A DNA stretch of 64,000 nt from Minisyncoccota bacterium (GTDB lineage: Bacteria; Patescibacteriota; Minisyncoccia; Moranbacterales; UBA1568). A program made the translations under genes and the position numbers. Positions 40,219-50,376 of this stretch are shown in pieces. The notes under the pieces were generated by a model, which was not told the origin of the DNA, made no database searches, and saw only the letters and a list, made by a program, of their open reading frames with translations. Location of the stretch: the NCBI GenBank assembly GCA_051306005.1, contig JBPPMJ010000003.1:161764-225763 (forward strand), given 5' to 3'. Position 1 is the stretch's first letter, and each line of letters starts with the position of its first letter.

Positions 40219-42543
40219 ATGTATCTCAAAAAATTAGAAATCAACGGCTTCAAATCTTTTGCCAATAAAACCACACTGCATTTTTTGCCGGACTGTGACG
40301 TACCTATTCAAGATGATGCTTCAAATGTAGAGGTACCGATTGTGAAATGTGGCATTACAGCGATTGTCGGTCCTAATGGGTCTGGTAAGTCCAATGTGGC
40401 GGATGCTATACGTTGGGCTATCGGCGAACAATCTTTCAAGAATTTGCGAGGTAAAAAATCCGAAGATGTTATTTTTGCTGGCACTGACAAGAGATCGCGT
40501 CTGGGTATGGCCTCTGTAACATTATTTTTTGATAATTCTGATAAACGTATTCCCATCGAATTTGCCGAAGTGTCTGTGACTAGAAAAATTTATCGGAGCG
40601 GAGAAAGTGAATATCTGATTAATGGGGCTCGAGTTCGTTTATTGGATATTGTCGATTTGCTTGCCAGTGCCGGTATTGGTAAAGATAGCTATTGTGTTAT
40701 TACGCAGGGTATGTCTGATGCCGTGCTGAATGCCACTTTGACCGAACGACGGGCTATTTTTGAGGATGCGGCTGGCGTCAAACAATACCAAATTGAGAAA
40801 GAACGCTCACTACGCAAACTGGAAAGCACGCGTACCAATCTCGTACGTGTAGACAGTTTGATAGTCGAGATTGAGCCACATTTGAAAAATTTACGTCGTC
40901 AAGCGGACAAAGCATCGCAGGGCAAGGAGATTGCTGAGAAATTACGTGCCAAACAACTGCTCCTGTATGGTTTTTTGTGGAATACTTTTCAGCGAGAACG
41001 AGGGACGTTGATGGGTGAGTGCGATCGTATCCAGCAAGAAGTATTTGACTTGGAAGTGACAGTCAATACATTGGAGCAAAAGGTAGCGGAATCATCAGCT
41101 GTGATGGAAGATCAGACGAAAGAAGAGGTTTTGCATAAAACACTGATGACAGCGCGTGATACGGCCAATCAATTGTTTCGTAATAGGAGTATTTTGGACG
41201 GAAAAATTGAAATTGAAAAAGCACGTCAAGAGAAGCGTGAAGTGGTGCGTATCATTCCAGTGGATTTGAAATATGTGCGTACGGCATTAGATGAAATTCG
41301 CCAACAACAAAGCTTACTAATTGAACGTCTCAAGAATGTTGAAAATCTTGAAGACATCCAGGATATCAGGGAGTTTTCTCAAGTGATTCAGCAAAAGTTG
41401 TACGATATCTACCAAAAAGCCGGTGAAGGAAGTGTTAAAGAGACACAAATATTGACATTACCTAATGATGAATTGCATCTGAGTAATGAACGCTTGAGGA
41501 GTTTTGTACAAGAAAAAGAAGCATATCAGAAGCAACTGGAAGAAATTCAAACGACGATAATTGAACATGAAAAAGCATTGACAACATTGCGTGAATTGAC
41601 TCGTACTAGCCGTGAAACATTTTTCGCGACGGAAAGGAAATGGCGAGAAACTGGTGCTCGTTTAACGCACCTCAAAGATGTGCTCAATGAATCTAAAGTA
41701 CGTTTGGCGCGCGTGGAAGTACGTGAAGAAGATTTGGTGGCCATAGTACGGGAAGAGCTTGTTTTGGATGTAAAGGATCTTTCGTATGATGGTATTACCC
41801 CAGTAGATAAAGAACAATTAGAACGTGAAATTGCGCGATTGAAGGTGGAAGTAGAGCATATTGGTACGATTGATCCCATGGTGATTGACGAATACCAAGA
41901 AACAGAACAACGCTTTAAATTTTTGACTCGTGAGTCGTTGGATCTCAAACAGGCGATGGAGTCTTTGTCTGTGGTTATAAAAGAAATGGATCAAAAAATA
42001 AATGGTGTTTTTACGGAAGCTTTTCATAAAATCAATGCCCAGTTTTCTGAATATTTCAAGATTATTTTTGGTGGCGGTAAGGCGCAACTTTCTTTGGTGA
42101 AAGTGCGCACGCATCAACAGATAACAGAAGACTTATCCGACCATGAACTATTGAAAATGGAAAAGGAAGAAAAAAACGATATCGGTATCGAGATTATTGC
42201 TTGCCCACCTGGTAAAAAAATAACTAATCTTTCGATGTTATCTGGCGGAGAGCGTTCTCTGACCTCTTTGGCACTTTTATTTGCTATTATTGCACATAAC
42301 CCACCTCCTTTTGCGGTACTGGATGAAGTGGAGGCAGCTCTGGATGAAGCCAACTCTAAACGTTTTAGTGTGATGTTGCGTGAACTTTCATTACACACGC
42401 AATTCGTAGCAATCACGCATAACCGTGAAACAATGGCTCAGGCTGGTTTGTTGTACGGTGTGACGATGGCATCAGATGGAATATCTCAACTTTTGTCCAT
42501 TCGTTTGGATCAGATAGGCAACAACGAAACATTGCTTCATTGA
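40219..42543 (+). CDS. smc: SMC-family chromosome segregation ATPase; unusually short (774 aa) and apparently hinge-poor
   Basis: N-terminal Walker A 'GPNGSGKSNVADAI'. C-terminal ABC signature 'LSGGERSLTSLALLFAI' and D-loop 'FAVLDEVEAALDEAN'. Long coiled-coil middle. Start is taken at the ATG just after the rnc stop. Confidence 0.85.
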   Translation: MYLKKLEINGFKSFANKTTLHFLPDCDVPIQDDASNVEVPIVKCGITAIVGPNGSGKSNVADAIRWAIGEQSFKNLRGKKSEDVIFAGTDKRSRLGMASVTLFFDNSDKRIPIEFAEVSVTRKIYRSGESEYLINGARVRLLDIVDLLASAGIGKDSYCVITQGMSDAVLNATLTERRAIFEDAAGVKQYQIEKERSLRKLESTRTNLVRVDSLIVEIEPHLKNLRRQADKASQGKEIAEKLRAKQLLLYGFLWNTFQRERGTLMGECDRIQQEVFDLEVTVNTLEQKVAESSAVMEDQTKEEVLHKTLMTARDTANQLFRNRSILDGKIEIEKARQEKREVVRIIPVDLKYVRTALDEIRQQQSLLIERLKNVENLEDIQDIREFSQVIQQKLYDIYQKAGEGSVKETQILTLPNDELHLSNERLRSFVQEKEAYQKQLEEIQTTIIEHEKALTTLRELTRTSRETFFATERKWRETGARLTHLKDVLNESKVRLARVEVREEDLVAIVREELVLDVKDLSYDGITPVDKEQLEREIARLKVEVEHIGTIDPMVIDEYQETEQRFKFLTRESLDLKQAMESLSVVIKEMDQKINGVFTEAFHKINAQFSEYFKIIFGGGKAQLSLVKVRTHQQITEDLSDHELLKMEKEEKNDIGIEIIACPPGKKITNLSMLSGGERSLTSLALLFAIIAHNPPPFAVLDEVEAALDEANSKRFSVMLRELSLHTQFVAITHNRETMAQAGLLYGVTMASDGISQLLSIRLDQIGNNETLLH

Positions 42544-42565
42544 TTGATTTAGCATGTTGGGCAGT

Positions 42566-42594
42566 TTGACAGGGTTTCGGGAATAAGGTAGAAT
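42566..42594 (+). promoter_or_regulatory. consensus sigma70 promoter TTGACA-17-TAGAAT upstream of rpsP
   Basis: The hexamers and spacing are read directly from the sequence. Confidence 0.6.
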
Positions 42595-42653
42595 AAAAAA
42601 AGTACTCTTTGAGAGAGGAGTGTTATTATCAGTATTACTGTTTATTTCCGTTT

Positions 42654-42986
42654 ATGTTAGTTATTCGTTTCAATCGTACAGGCAAAAAGAACCATGCGTC
42701 TTTTCGAGTGGTATTGCAGGAGCATACCAAAGCACCCGGTAAACGTCACGTGGAAATTTTGGGAAGCTATGATCCGCACAAAAAAACCACCGTTTTGAAA
42801 AAAGAGCGTATTTTGCACTGGATTTCTCAGGGTGCCCAGTTATCACCAGTAGTGAATAATCTTTTGGTGCGCGAGGGCGTTATTGAGAAAAAGAAAATTA
42901 TCAAAAAAATGCCAAGACCAGTCATCAAAGAAGTGACCGCCGATACGGAGATTGCCGTATCAGATTCTACCGCTGTCTCAGGGTAA
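42654..42986 (+). CDS. rpsP: 30S ribosomal protein S16, with a C-terminal extension
   Basis: 'MLVIRFNRTGKKNHASFRVVL...ILGSYDP' is the S16 core. A Lys-rich tail of about 30 aa is added. Confidence 0.9.
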   Translation: MLVIRFNRTGKKNHASFRVVLQEHTKAPGKRHVEILGSYDPHKKTTVLKKERILHWISQGAQLSPVVNNLLVREGVIEKKKIIKKMPRPVIKEVTADTEIAVSDSTAVSG

Positions 42987-42989
42987 ACA

Positions 42990-43190
42990 CATGTTTGACA
43001 GAAGAGTCCCTTTTTGATACAATGGAAAAAAGTACAATAGAATATCCGTAGATGTGAGGCATTTCCGTACCATTGGGTCGAACGTAGGTCCTCATGAGGA
43101 GAAAAGATAGACGATTATTGTAGAATAATCATCGTTCTATCGTTTGTTTGTCTACGGTATTCTCCGTAGATTTTTTATATCATCATAGCT
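42990..43190 (+). promoter_or_regulatory. rplJ (L10) leader with a terminator/antiterminator-like attenuator
   Basis: At 43151-43176 there is a hairpin TCTACGG-TATTCT-CCGTAGA followed by TTTTTT, just upstream of rplJ. An upstream copy of CCGTAGAT (43046-43053) could pair alternatively. The position matches the autoregulatory L10 leader known in other bacteria. Confidence 0.5.
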
Positions 43191-43715
43191 ATGCAGAATA
43201 GAGAACAAAAAACAGTACTTGTCACGGATGTAACACAAAAAATTCAGAATTCCAAGGCATTGGTATTTGCAAATTTCAAAGGTGTTTCCGTGAAGAGTAT
43301 CACGAGTATTCGTAAGAGTTTGGCAGAGAGTGGTTCAACTTGGCAAGTGTTGAAAAAAACACTGCTCAATATTGCTCTCAAAGAAGCTGGCGTTACTGCT
43401 AATGTCCGTATATTGGACGGACAGATTGGGGTCGCCTTTTCTCAGGATGAAGTCATCGCTGCCAAAGTGTTGTCAGACTTTATCAAGGCTAACAAAGATA
43501 TCCCATTGACAATAGAAGGAGGCACATTGGGCAAAGTTTCTCTTTCTATGCATGAGGTACAGGCTTTGGCGAAATTGCCAAGTCAGGATCAGTTACGGGC
43601 ACAGTTGATTGGCACATTGCAAGCACCAATGAGTAGTTTTGTTCGTGTATTGCAAGGAAATTTGAGCGGATTAGTTCGTGTATTGAAAGCAGTCGAGGAG
43701 AAAAAAGCCATGTAA
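43191..43715 (+). CDS. rplJ: 50S ribosomal protein L10
   Basis: 174 aa, L10-like N-terminus, and position immediately upstream of rplL. Confidence 0.9.
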   Translation: MQNREQKTVLVTDVTQKIQNSKALVFANFKGVSVKSITSIRKSLAESGSTWQVLKKTLLNIALKEAGVTANVRILDGQIGVAFSQDEVIAAKVLSDFIKANKDIPLTIEGGTLGKVSLSMHEVQALAKLPSQDQLRAQLIGTLQAPMSSFVRVLQGNLSGLVRVLKAVEEKKAM

Positions 43716-43755
43716 GAGTGTATTCAAGAAAATAATTTATTGTTGATATAATATT

Positions 43756-44160
43756 ATGTCAGAAGAAAAAAAGGAAGTAATCGTGCCAGAGAAGTTTGAG
43801 AAAATCGTTAGTGATGTTGAGAAAATGAGTGTGTTGGATTTGTCCGAGCTTGTGAAGGTTTTAGAAGAAAAATTCGGTGTTTCTGCTGCTGCTCCCATGA
43901 TGATGGGTGCAATGGCCACAACTCCTATCATAGAAGCTGTTGAGGAAAAGACAGATTTTGATGTAGAGTTGGTTGCTGCCGGAGATCAGAAGATTAATGT
44001 TATTAAAGCGGTACGTGAAATTACCGGTTTGGGCTTGAAGGAGGCAAAAGATTTGGTAGATGCTGCTCCAAAGGTCATCAAAGAAAAGATTGCCAAAGCT
44101 GACGCTGAGGGTTTCAAGAAAAAATTGGAAGAAGCGGGTGCCACTGTGACTTTGAAATAA
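43756..44160 (+). CDS. rplL: 50S ribosomal protein L7/L12
   Basis: '...[24 protein letters not shown]...' with an Ala/Met-rich hinge and the C-terminal '[12 protein letters not shown]' motif. Confidence 0.95.
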   Translation: MSEEKKEVIVPEKFEKIVSDVEKMSVLDLSELVKVLEEKFGVSAAAPMMMGAMATTPIIEAVEEKTDFDVELVAAGDQKINVIKAVREITGLGLKEAKDLVDAAPKVIKEKIAKADAEGFKKKLEEAGATVTLK

Positions 44161-44224
44161 TTTTTTCATGGCACGTGAGGACACATCTTTTCTACAAAGG
44201 GTAGGTTTTTGACAAAAATTTTTG

Positions 44225-44263
44225 GAAGAGTACAATACGTTTGTTTTGTACTCTTCTTTTTTT
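44225..44263 (+). terminator. intrinsic terminator after rplL
   Basis: 11-bp stem GAAGAGTACAA/TTGTACTCTTC followed by TTTTTTT. Confidence 0.7.
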
Positions 44264-44361
44264 GATGTTGATGACTTCTGTTTCATTGGTATATTTCGCA
44301 TAAATGGGGCGTTACTTGTATTTGATTTCAGAGGAAAATAATTTTTTAAATACCTATATTT

Positions 44362-46446
44362 ATGGGATTGGAAATGTTCTTGTCGATATTCATTTTGATG
44401 CTGATTTCCATCGGTACGTATTTTTTGGCACAGCGTTTACATGTGCCATATACAGTGTTATTAGTCTTTGTCGGTTCCTTGTTAGTACCTTTGACTCATG
44501 TGCCAGGTTTTGAATTTTTACGAGCCTTTTATCTGACACCCGAACTTTTGTTCTATATTTTCTTGCCGATTTTGATTTTCGAATCAGCATACAATATGCG
44601 AGTGCGAGAATTGATGCACAATATTTACGCCGTTTCATGGTTTTCAATTGGTAGCTTGATTATCTCTGCCATTTTTATTGCTGGAGCTCTCTTTTTTATT
44701 TTTCGTGCCTTGGGAATGGAAATTCCTTTTCTTGTCACCCTGCTTTTTGGTGCCTTGATTTCCGCGACGGATCCGGTAGCTGTTCTGGCACTATTCAAGG
44801 AATTTGGGGTGCCGCGTCGTCTCTCTTTTCTTTTTGAGGGAGAGAGTTTATTTAATGACGGTACTGCGTTGGCGCTCTTTTTGGTGATATTAGAAATTGC
44901 CTTGAAAGGATTTTCTGGTTTGGATACGCTCGCGGAAGGACTGTTTATGTTTACCACTATGGTCGTGGGGGGGATTATTTTTGGTATTGGTATGGGATTT
45001 TTATTTGCTAAGCTGATTGAAAAAGCTGGTAATAATGAACATATTGAAATTACACTGACACTCTTGGTTGCTCACCTGACATTTATTTTGTCAGAGGTGA
45101 TTTCTAGTCATCTAGTAATTAGTGGGCAAAAAATTCACCTTTCTGCTATTATTGCGACCGTAATGGCTTCGATGGTGATAGGCAATTATGGTCGCTCCAA
45201 ACTTTCCTCAAGTGTTGAACATTTTATGGAACGTTTTTGGAGTTACTTTGCTTTTTTAGCGAATTCTTTAGTTTTTATAACTATGGGATTGTTGTTTGCT
45301 GATTTACCTATTGATTTCCGACGTTTTATTATCCCAATATTGATTACGGTGCTGGTAGTGATGGCTGGACGTGCTTTATCAATTTATCCTGTGGCTGGCT
45401 GGCTCAATTTCAGGAAAAAAGAAAAAGAGATTCCACTTTCGTGGCAACATTTGTTAGCATGGGGGAGTTTACGGGGTGCTTTGGCAATTATTATGGTGCT
45501 TTTGATTCCTGATACGTTGTCTTTTCCTGAATGGCATTTTGAATTTACAATCAAGGAATTCATCACTGCCTTGACTATCGGGTGTATTTATTTCACACTT
45601 TTTGTCAAAGCTTTGACCATCGGATTGGCAATTCGTCATTTTCATTTGAACGATTTAACGGCAACGGAGAAAGCTGGGTATCATCAGAGTCGCGCGTTCA
45701 TTTTTTCATACGGGCTGGAAAAATTGACTAGTTTTTTTGAAAAAGGTTACCTGAATGATGGTACTTATGCAAAAATCAAAAGTATTTCTCTAGAAAAGCG
45801 TGATAAAGAAACGCATGAATGTGAGGAGATTGTGGATCGACATGCCATCGATATGGATCAGGCACTTCGCGTATATGCATTAGGTATCGAAAAGCATTCT
45901 CTTGAGCTTTTATTGAGATACGGAGAAATTAATGAAGCAGTGTATAAAAGAATTTTGACTAAATTAGATATTCAATTGGATCGTGTGGAAGAAGGATTGG
46001 ATCAGGTACACGCTTTGGATGAGGTATTTGCGCCTGATTGGTTTGAACAAATAGCGTATAGAATGCGTCAGATTTTTTGGTCGAAACCAACCGCCCATGA
46101 CCTATTGAAAAATGAATATATGTACTATAGAGCACAAGAAATTATTGCTAGAAAAGTGATGAAAGCATTGAGTCAATTAGAACAACGTTTCCAAATTGCA
46201 TCATCTCAATATCAAAGTGTCATCAAACACGTTATTGTTTCATATAAGCAGTTTTATGATGATGCACACGAACGTATGCTCGTGGTAATGGGACGTGACA
46301 GTGCATATCTGGCATCAGTCAACGAAATTTTTGGTAATCAGAGTATCGTCAAAGCGCATGCAGATGGATTGGCAGAGTTGAAACACAAGAATATGTTGTC
46401 CTCAAAATTAGCTATTTTATTGGAGGAAGAATTCTCTCAACAGTAA
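44362..46446 (+). CDS. Na+/H+ antiporter (CPA1/NhaP-type) with a C-terminal cytoplasmic regulatory domain
   Basis: Polytopic N-terminal half containing 'ATDPVAVLALF' and 'FNDGTALALF', which are hallmarks of the Na_H exchanger family. About 280-aa soluble C-terminal domain. Confidence 0.85.
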   Translation: MGLEMFLSIFILMLISIGTYFLAQRLHVPYTVLLVFVGSLLVPLTHVPGFEFLRAFYLTPELLFYIFLPILIFESAYNMRVRELMHNIYAVSWFSIGSLIISAIFIAGALFFIFRALGMEIPFLVTLLFGALISATDPVAVLALFKEFGVPRRLSFLFEGESLFNDGTALALFLVILEIALKGFSGLDTLAEGLFMFTTMVVGGIIFGIGMGFLFAKLIEKAGNNEHIEITLTLLVAHLTFILSEVISSHLVISGQKIHLSAIIATVMASMVIGNYGRSKLSSSVEHFMERFWSYFAFLANSLVFITMGLLFADLPIDFRRFIIPILITVLVVMAGRALSIYPVAGWLNFRKKEKEIPLSWQHLLAWGSLRGALAIIMVLLIPDTLSFPEWHFEFTIKEFITALTIGCIYFTLFVKALTIGLAIRHFHLNDLTATEKAGYHQSRAFIFSYGLEKLTSFFEKGYLNDGTYAKIKSISLEKRDKETHECEEIVDRHAIDMDQALRVYALGIEKHSLELLLRYGEINEAVYKRILTKLDIQLDRVEEGLDQVHALDEVFAPDWFEQIAYRMRQIFWSKPTAHDLLKNEYMYYRAQEIIARKVMKALSQLEQRFQIASSQYQSVIKHVIVSYKQFYDDAHERMLVVMGRDSAYLASVNEIFGNQSIVKAHADGLAELKHKNMLSSKLAILLEEEFSQQ

Positions 46447-46561
46447 TATAAAAGGCAATAACAGGCACATTATCAGACTTTACAGGGAATGGAAAGAAGC
46501 GTACAATAGAAAATAACTCGTAGCCTTGTTGAGAGGATATTTCCAAGCCATGTGATGCTTT

Positions 46562-49360
46562 ATGCGAGGGAAACCAGCAGTGATTCAGATTCGCGGAGCG
46601 CGGGTCAATAATTTGAAAAACGTGAACGTGGATATTCCACGTGATGCACTGGTCGTGATTACCGGACTTTCCGGTTCCGGCAAGTCTTCTTTGGCGTTTG
46701 ATGTATTGTTTGCTGAAGCAAATCGACGCTATGTCGAGTCGCTTTCTTCTTATGCACGCAATTTTTTGGATGGCTTTGACAAGCCGGATGTCGATGCGAT
46801 ACACAATTTGTCACCAGCTATTTCCATTGATCAAAAAAGTGTTTCACGAAGTCCGCGTTCGACGGTCGGTACGATGATTGAGGTTTATGATTATTTACGT
46901 ATTTTGTTTGCCAAAGTGGGCGTACCGCATTGTCCGATGTGCGGAGAACGCTTGTGGCGTAAAAGTGCACATCAGATTTTGACAGAAATCCTCGCATTGC
47001 CAGATGAGACGCCATTAATTTTTGTTGCAGAAAGTCGCCTCTTAATGGAAGAGAAAAGTGAGCGGGACGTGCTTGCGCTTATCAATACCTGGGGTTATCC
47101 GCGTGTATTATTTCGTGGAGAATTATTGCCTATTGCTGATGCTATCTCACTTGCCTCTGTCACTGAAGTATCACCTATCGCGGTTGTGATAGATCGTATA
47201 TCACTCAATTTGACCCGTCCAGATAAGGAGCGTCTTTTGGATTCTATACAGACTGCTTTTCGCGTTGGACAGGGTACTTTTACATTATGTATCGGAGAAA
47301 AAGATACACAATACCTCTATCATGAAGAATATCGATGTGAACCTTGTCAGATTCATTTACCGGAATTAACACCAAGTCACTTTTCTTTTAATAGTCCAGA
47401 AGGGGCGTGTGAGAAATGTTCCGGACTGGGCGTGACGTTGGAATTTGATTCTGATCTAGTTATACCCAATAAAAACCTCTCCTTGGTAGAGGGAGCCATT
47501 CGTCCGTGGAACAAGATGAACGGGGAACGTCATAATGGGCAGGGACCGATGCAGTTTTTACGAGAATTAGCTCGCCAGCATAAGTTTTCTCTTGATGTAC
47601 CAATCAAAAAACTCTCTGCGAAACAGTATAATATTTTATTATACGGCACATCGGAACAAACAGAGACATTCCCTGGAGTACTGGCATTGTTGGAAAAAAA
47701 ATATCGCGAGACAAAATCTGATCATACTCGTTCTGATATTGAGTCTTATATGTTGAAAAAAAAATGTCCTCAATGTCATGGGCGACGTCTGAAGCGCTTT
47801 GCGCTTGCGGTCACAGTGGATACATGGTCTCTGGATGCATTGGTACAGATGAATGTTCGACTTTTTCTTGAGACGATGGTTGGTCTTCAGAAGAAACTTT
47901 TACAGACGTGTGAACGTGATATGATCAATCCGTTGTTTCGGGAAATGATTATGAGAATGCAAGCAGTGGAAAAAGTTGGTTTGGGCTATCTTCAGCTTGC
48001 ACGTAGCGCGGATACTCTTTCTGGCGGAGAAGCGCAACGTATTCGATTGTCCGTACAAATGAAATCAGGTCTTTCAGGGATTATTTATGTTTTGGATGAA
48101 CCATCGGTAGGTTTACACAGTCGCGATACTGAAAAACTCATTCAGGCCCTTGAAGAGTTACGTTCTGCCAATAATTCATTAATTATTGTTGAACATGATA
48201 TTTCTATTATGCGACGTGCTGACTACATCATCGATATGGGACCGGGCGCAGGGAGTGAGGGTGGAGAAGTGATGTTTGCTGGCACACCACGTGACTTGAT
48301 GCGATCAAAATTTCTTACCGGCCAATATTTAGCCGAAAAACGTGTTGTTTTTGAACATAAAAAAACTCGTAGACCAAGCAAAAATACCCTTACCATTCAT
48401 GGTGCCACGGAACATAATTTACGAAATATTGATGTCAAGATTCCGCTCGGTATGTTGGTTGCGGTTGCTGGGGTTTCAGGATCCGGGAAATCAAGTTTGG
48501 TGCGTGATATTTTATCGCGTTCATTATCTCGTCATTTTTATCGTTCCAAAGCTGAGCCGGGAGCACATACAAAAATCACAGGAATGGATTTGATTGATAA
48601 AGTCATTACCGTTAATCAGGATCCGATTGGTCGTACGCCACGTTCCAATGCAGCAACCTATACTGGTGTTTTTAGTTTGATTCGTGATTTGTTTGCTGGC
48701 ACACCAGAAGCTGAACGTGAAAAGTATTTCGCAAGTCATTTTAGTTTCAATATGCGTGGAGGACGTTGTGAATCCTGTCAAGGTGGTGGTTTGCGCAAGA
48801 TAGAAATGTATCTTTTGCCAGATGTCTATGTACCATGCGAAGTCTGCCAGGGAACCCGTTACAATATCAAGACGCTGGCTATTGAGTATCGGGGAATGAA
48901 TATCGCTGATGTTTTACGTATGACTGTAAGCGAAGCACACCATTTCTTTCTGGATCAACCGATGATTGAGGAAAAATTACGCGTTTTGGAGGAAGTAGGC
49001 TTGGGCTATTTGGTGCTGGGACAGAGTGCTACCAATTTGTCGGGCGGAGAAGCACAGCGTATTAAGTTGGCGACGGAATTGGCACGTAAATCGACGGGAA
49101 AAACACTCTATATACTTGATGAACCGACTATTGGTTTGCATTTTGAGGATGTGCGATGCTTATTGGAAGTTTTAGAAGCATTGGTTGATAAAGGAAACAG
49201 TGTGTTGGTTGTAGAACACAATCTTGATGTTATACGTGCTTCAGATTGGGTACTGGAATTGGGTCCAGATGGAGGTGATGCTGGTGGAGAATTGATCTTT
49301 GCTGGACCACCAGAAAAATTGAAAAAATGCAAGAAAAGTTTCACGGCAAAATATTTATAA
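46562..49360 (+). CDS. uvrA: excinuclease ABC subunit A
   Basis: '[38 protein letters not shown]', two ABC modules, zinc-finger cysteines and 932 aa length. Confidence 0.95.
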   Translation: MRGKPAVIQIRGARVNNLKNVNVDIPRDALVVITGLSGSGKSSLAFDVLFAEANRRYVESLSSYARNFLDGFDKPDVDAIHNLSPAISIDQKSVSRSPRSTVGTMIEVYDYLRILFAKVGVPHCPMCGERLWRKSAHQILTEILALPDETPLIFVAESRLLMEEKSERDVLALINTWGYPRVLFRGELLPIADAISLASVTEVSPIAVVIDRISLNLTRPDKERLLDSIQTAFRVGQGTFTLCIGEKDTQYLYHEEYRCEPCQIHLPELTPSHFSFNSPEGACEKCSGLGVTLEFDSDLVIPNKNLSLVEGAIRPWNKMNGERHNGQGPMQFLRELARQHKFSLDVPIKKLSAKQYNILLYGTSEQTETFPGVLALLEKKYRETKSDHTRSDIESYMLKKKCPQCHGRRLKRFALAVTVDTWSLDALVQMNVRLFLETMVGLQKKLLQTCERDMINPLFREMIMRMQAVEKVGLGYLQLARSADTLSGGEAQRIRLSVQMKSGLSGIIYVLDEPSVGLHSRDTEKLIQALEELRSANNSLIIVEHDISIMRRADYIIDMGPGAGSEGGEVMFAGTPRDLMRSKFLTGQYLAEKRVVFEHKKTRRPSKNTLTIHGATEHNLRNIDVKIPLGMLVAVAGVSGSGKSSLVRDILSRSLSRHFYRSKAEPGAHTKITGMDLIDKVITVNQDPIGRTPRSNAATYTGVFSLIRDLFAGTPEAEREKYFASHFSFNMRGGRCESCQGGGLRKIEMYLLPDVYVPCEVCQGTRYNIKTLAIEYRGMNIADVLRMTVSEAHHFFLDQPMIEEKLRVLEEVGLGYLVLGQSATNLSGGEAQRIKLATELARKSTGKTLYILDEPTIGLHFEDVRCLLEVLEALVDKGNSVLVVEHNLDVIRASDWVLELGPDGGDAGGELIFAGPPEKLKKCKKSFTAKYL

Positions 49361-49375
49361 TGACGGACACGTTCT

Positions 49376-50302
49376 ATGGCTGGATACCGTTTAGGAAAAA
49401 ATATTATTGCGACAGTTGCATATTATGATGTGATGGATATGCCACTGACCGCTTTTGAGATATGGAAACATTTGATGTACCACCAAACGCCCTCTCATAC
49501 GGACATTCAAGCCAATACTTTAGCGGAAGTAATGACATTTCTTTGGTCAGAACAGGTATCAGATAAGATTCACCAACAGTACGGTTTTTATTTTCTTGTT
49601 GGGCGGGAGCATTTAGTCGAAAAACGTATTTTCCTGGAAAAGATTTCAGTGTCCAAACTTAAACGGATGCGTCGTCTGGCCCGTCTTCTGGTCTACGTGC
49701 CTTATGTGCGTATGTTGGGAGCAACAGGTAGTTTGGCCATGAAACATGGTACTCGTCGGAGTGATTGGGACATGTTTGTCGTACTTTGTTCTGGGAAGAT
49801 TTGGACCGGGCGAACAATTCTCACTGGTTTTTTGCAGAGTATTGGTAAACGGCGTCATGGTAAAAAAATTCAGGATCGCGCTTGTTTGAATTATTTTGTG
49901 ACAGACGATAACCTGGAAATTGGTACCAAAGATCTCTTTTCTTCTCATGAATACCGTTTCTTTATTCCTTTGATTGGGTTTGATGTTTTTCAGGTATTTG
50001 AGCTTAAGAATATATGGATGCGTCAATACCGTCCAAATTTTTCTTTGACGGTTCTTCCGAGTCTGTGGACATTACAGAAGGGGAAAGTCGCCATTATTGT
50101 CAGAAATGTTCTAGAACATGTTTTGAATAGAGTACATCTAGAGCACTGGCTCGCTACTTGGCAAGAGGATAAGATTCGACGCAACCCCAAAACACTCTTG
50201 CACGGGAGTTTGATTGAGACAAGTGAGAGAGCACTGATTTTTTTGCCTCGTCCACGCGGGCCACGTGTTTTTGCACAATTTAAAGAACGTTTACCACTTT
50301 GA
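49376..50302 (+). CDS. hypothetical protein with a Pol-beta-superfamily nucleotidyltransferase-like motif
   Basis: 'MLGATGSLAMKHGTRRSDWDMFVV' fits the hG[GS]x9-13DhDh nucleotidyltransferase signature. 308 aa. No further family recognised. Confidence 0.55.
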   Translation: MAGYRLGKNIIATVAYYDVMDMPLTAFEIWKHLMYHQTPSHTDIQANTLAEVMTFLWSEQVSDKIHQQYGFYFLVGREHLVEKRIFLEKISVSKLKRMRRLARLLVYVPYVRMLGATGSLAMKHGTRRSDWDMFVVLCSGKIWTGRTILTGFLQSIGKRRHGKKIQDRACLNYFVTDDNLEIGTKDLFSSHEYRFFIPLIGFDVFQVFELKNIWMRQYRPNFSLTVLPSLWTLQKGKVAIIVRNVLEHVLNRVHLEHWLATWQEDKIRRNPKTLLHGSLIETSERALIFLPRPRGPRVFAQFKERLPL

Positions 50303-50321
50303 CGTTGTTAAAGGTAGAATG

Positions 50322-50330
50322 TGGTATAAT
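50322..50330 (+). promoter_or_regulatory. extended -10 promoter TGgTATAAT upstream of the second pilC
   Basis: Read from the sequence, 46 nt upstream of the ATG. Confidence 0.45.
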
Positions 50331-50376
50331 ACAAAAAAAGATACAAAATATGGATGAAAAAATAAACATTTGAATT

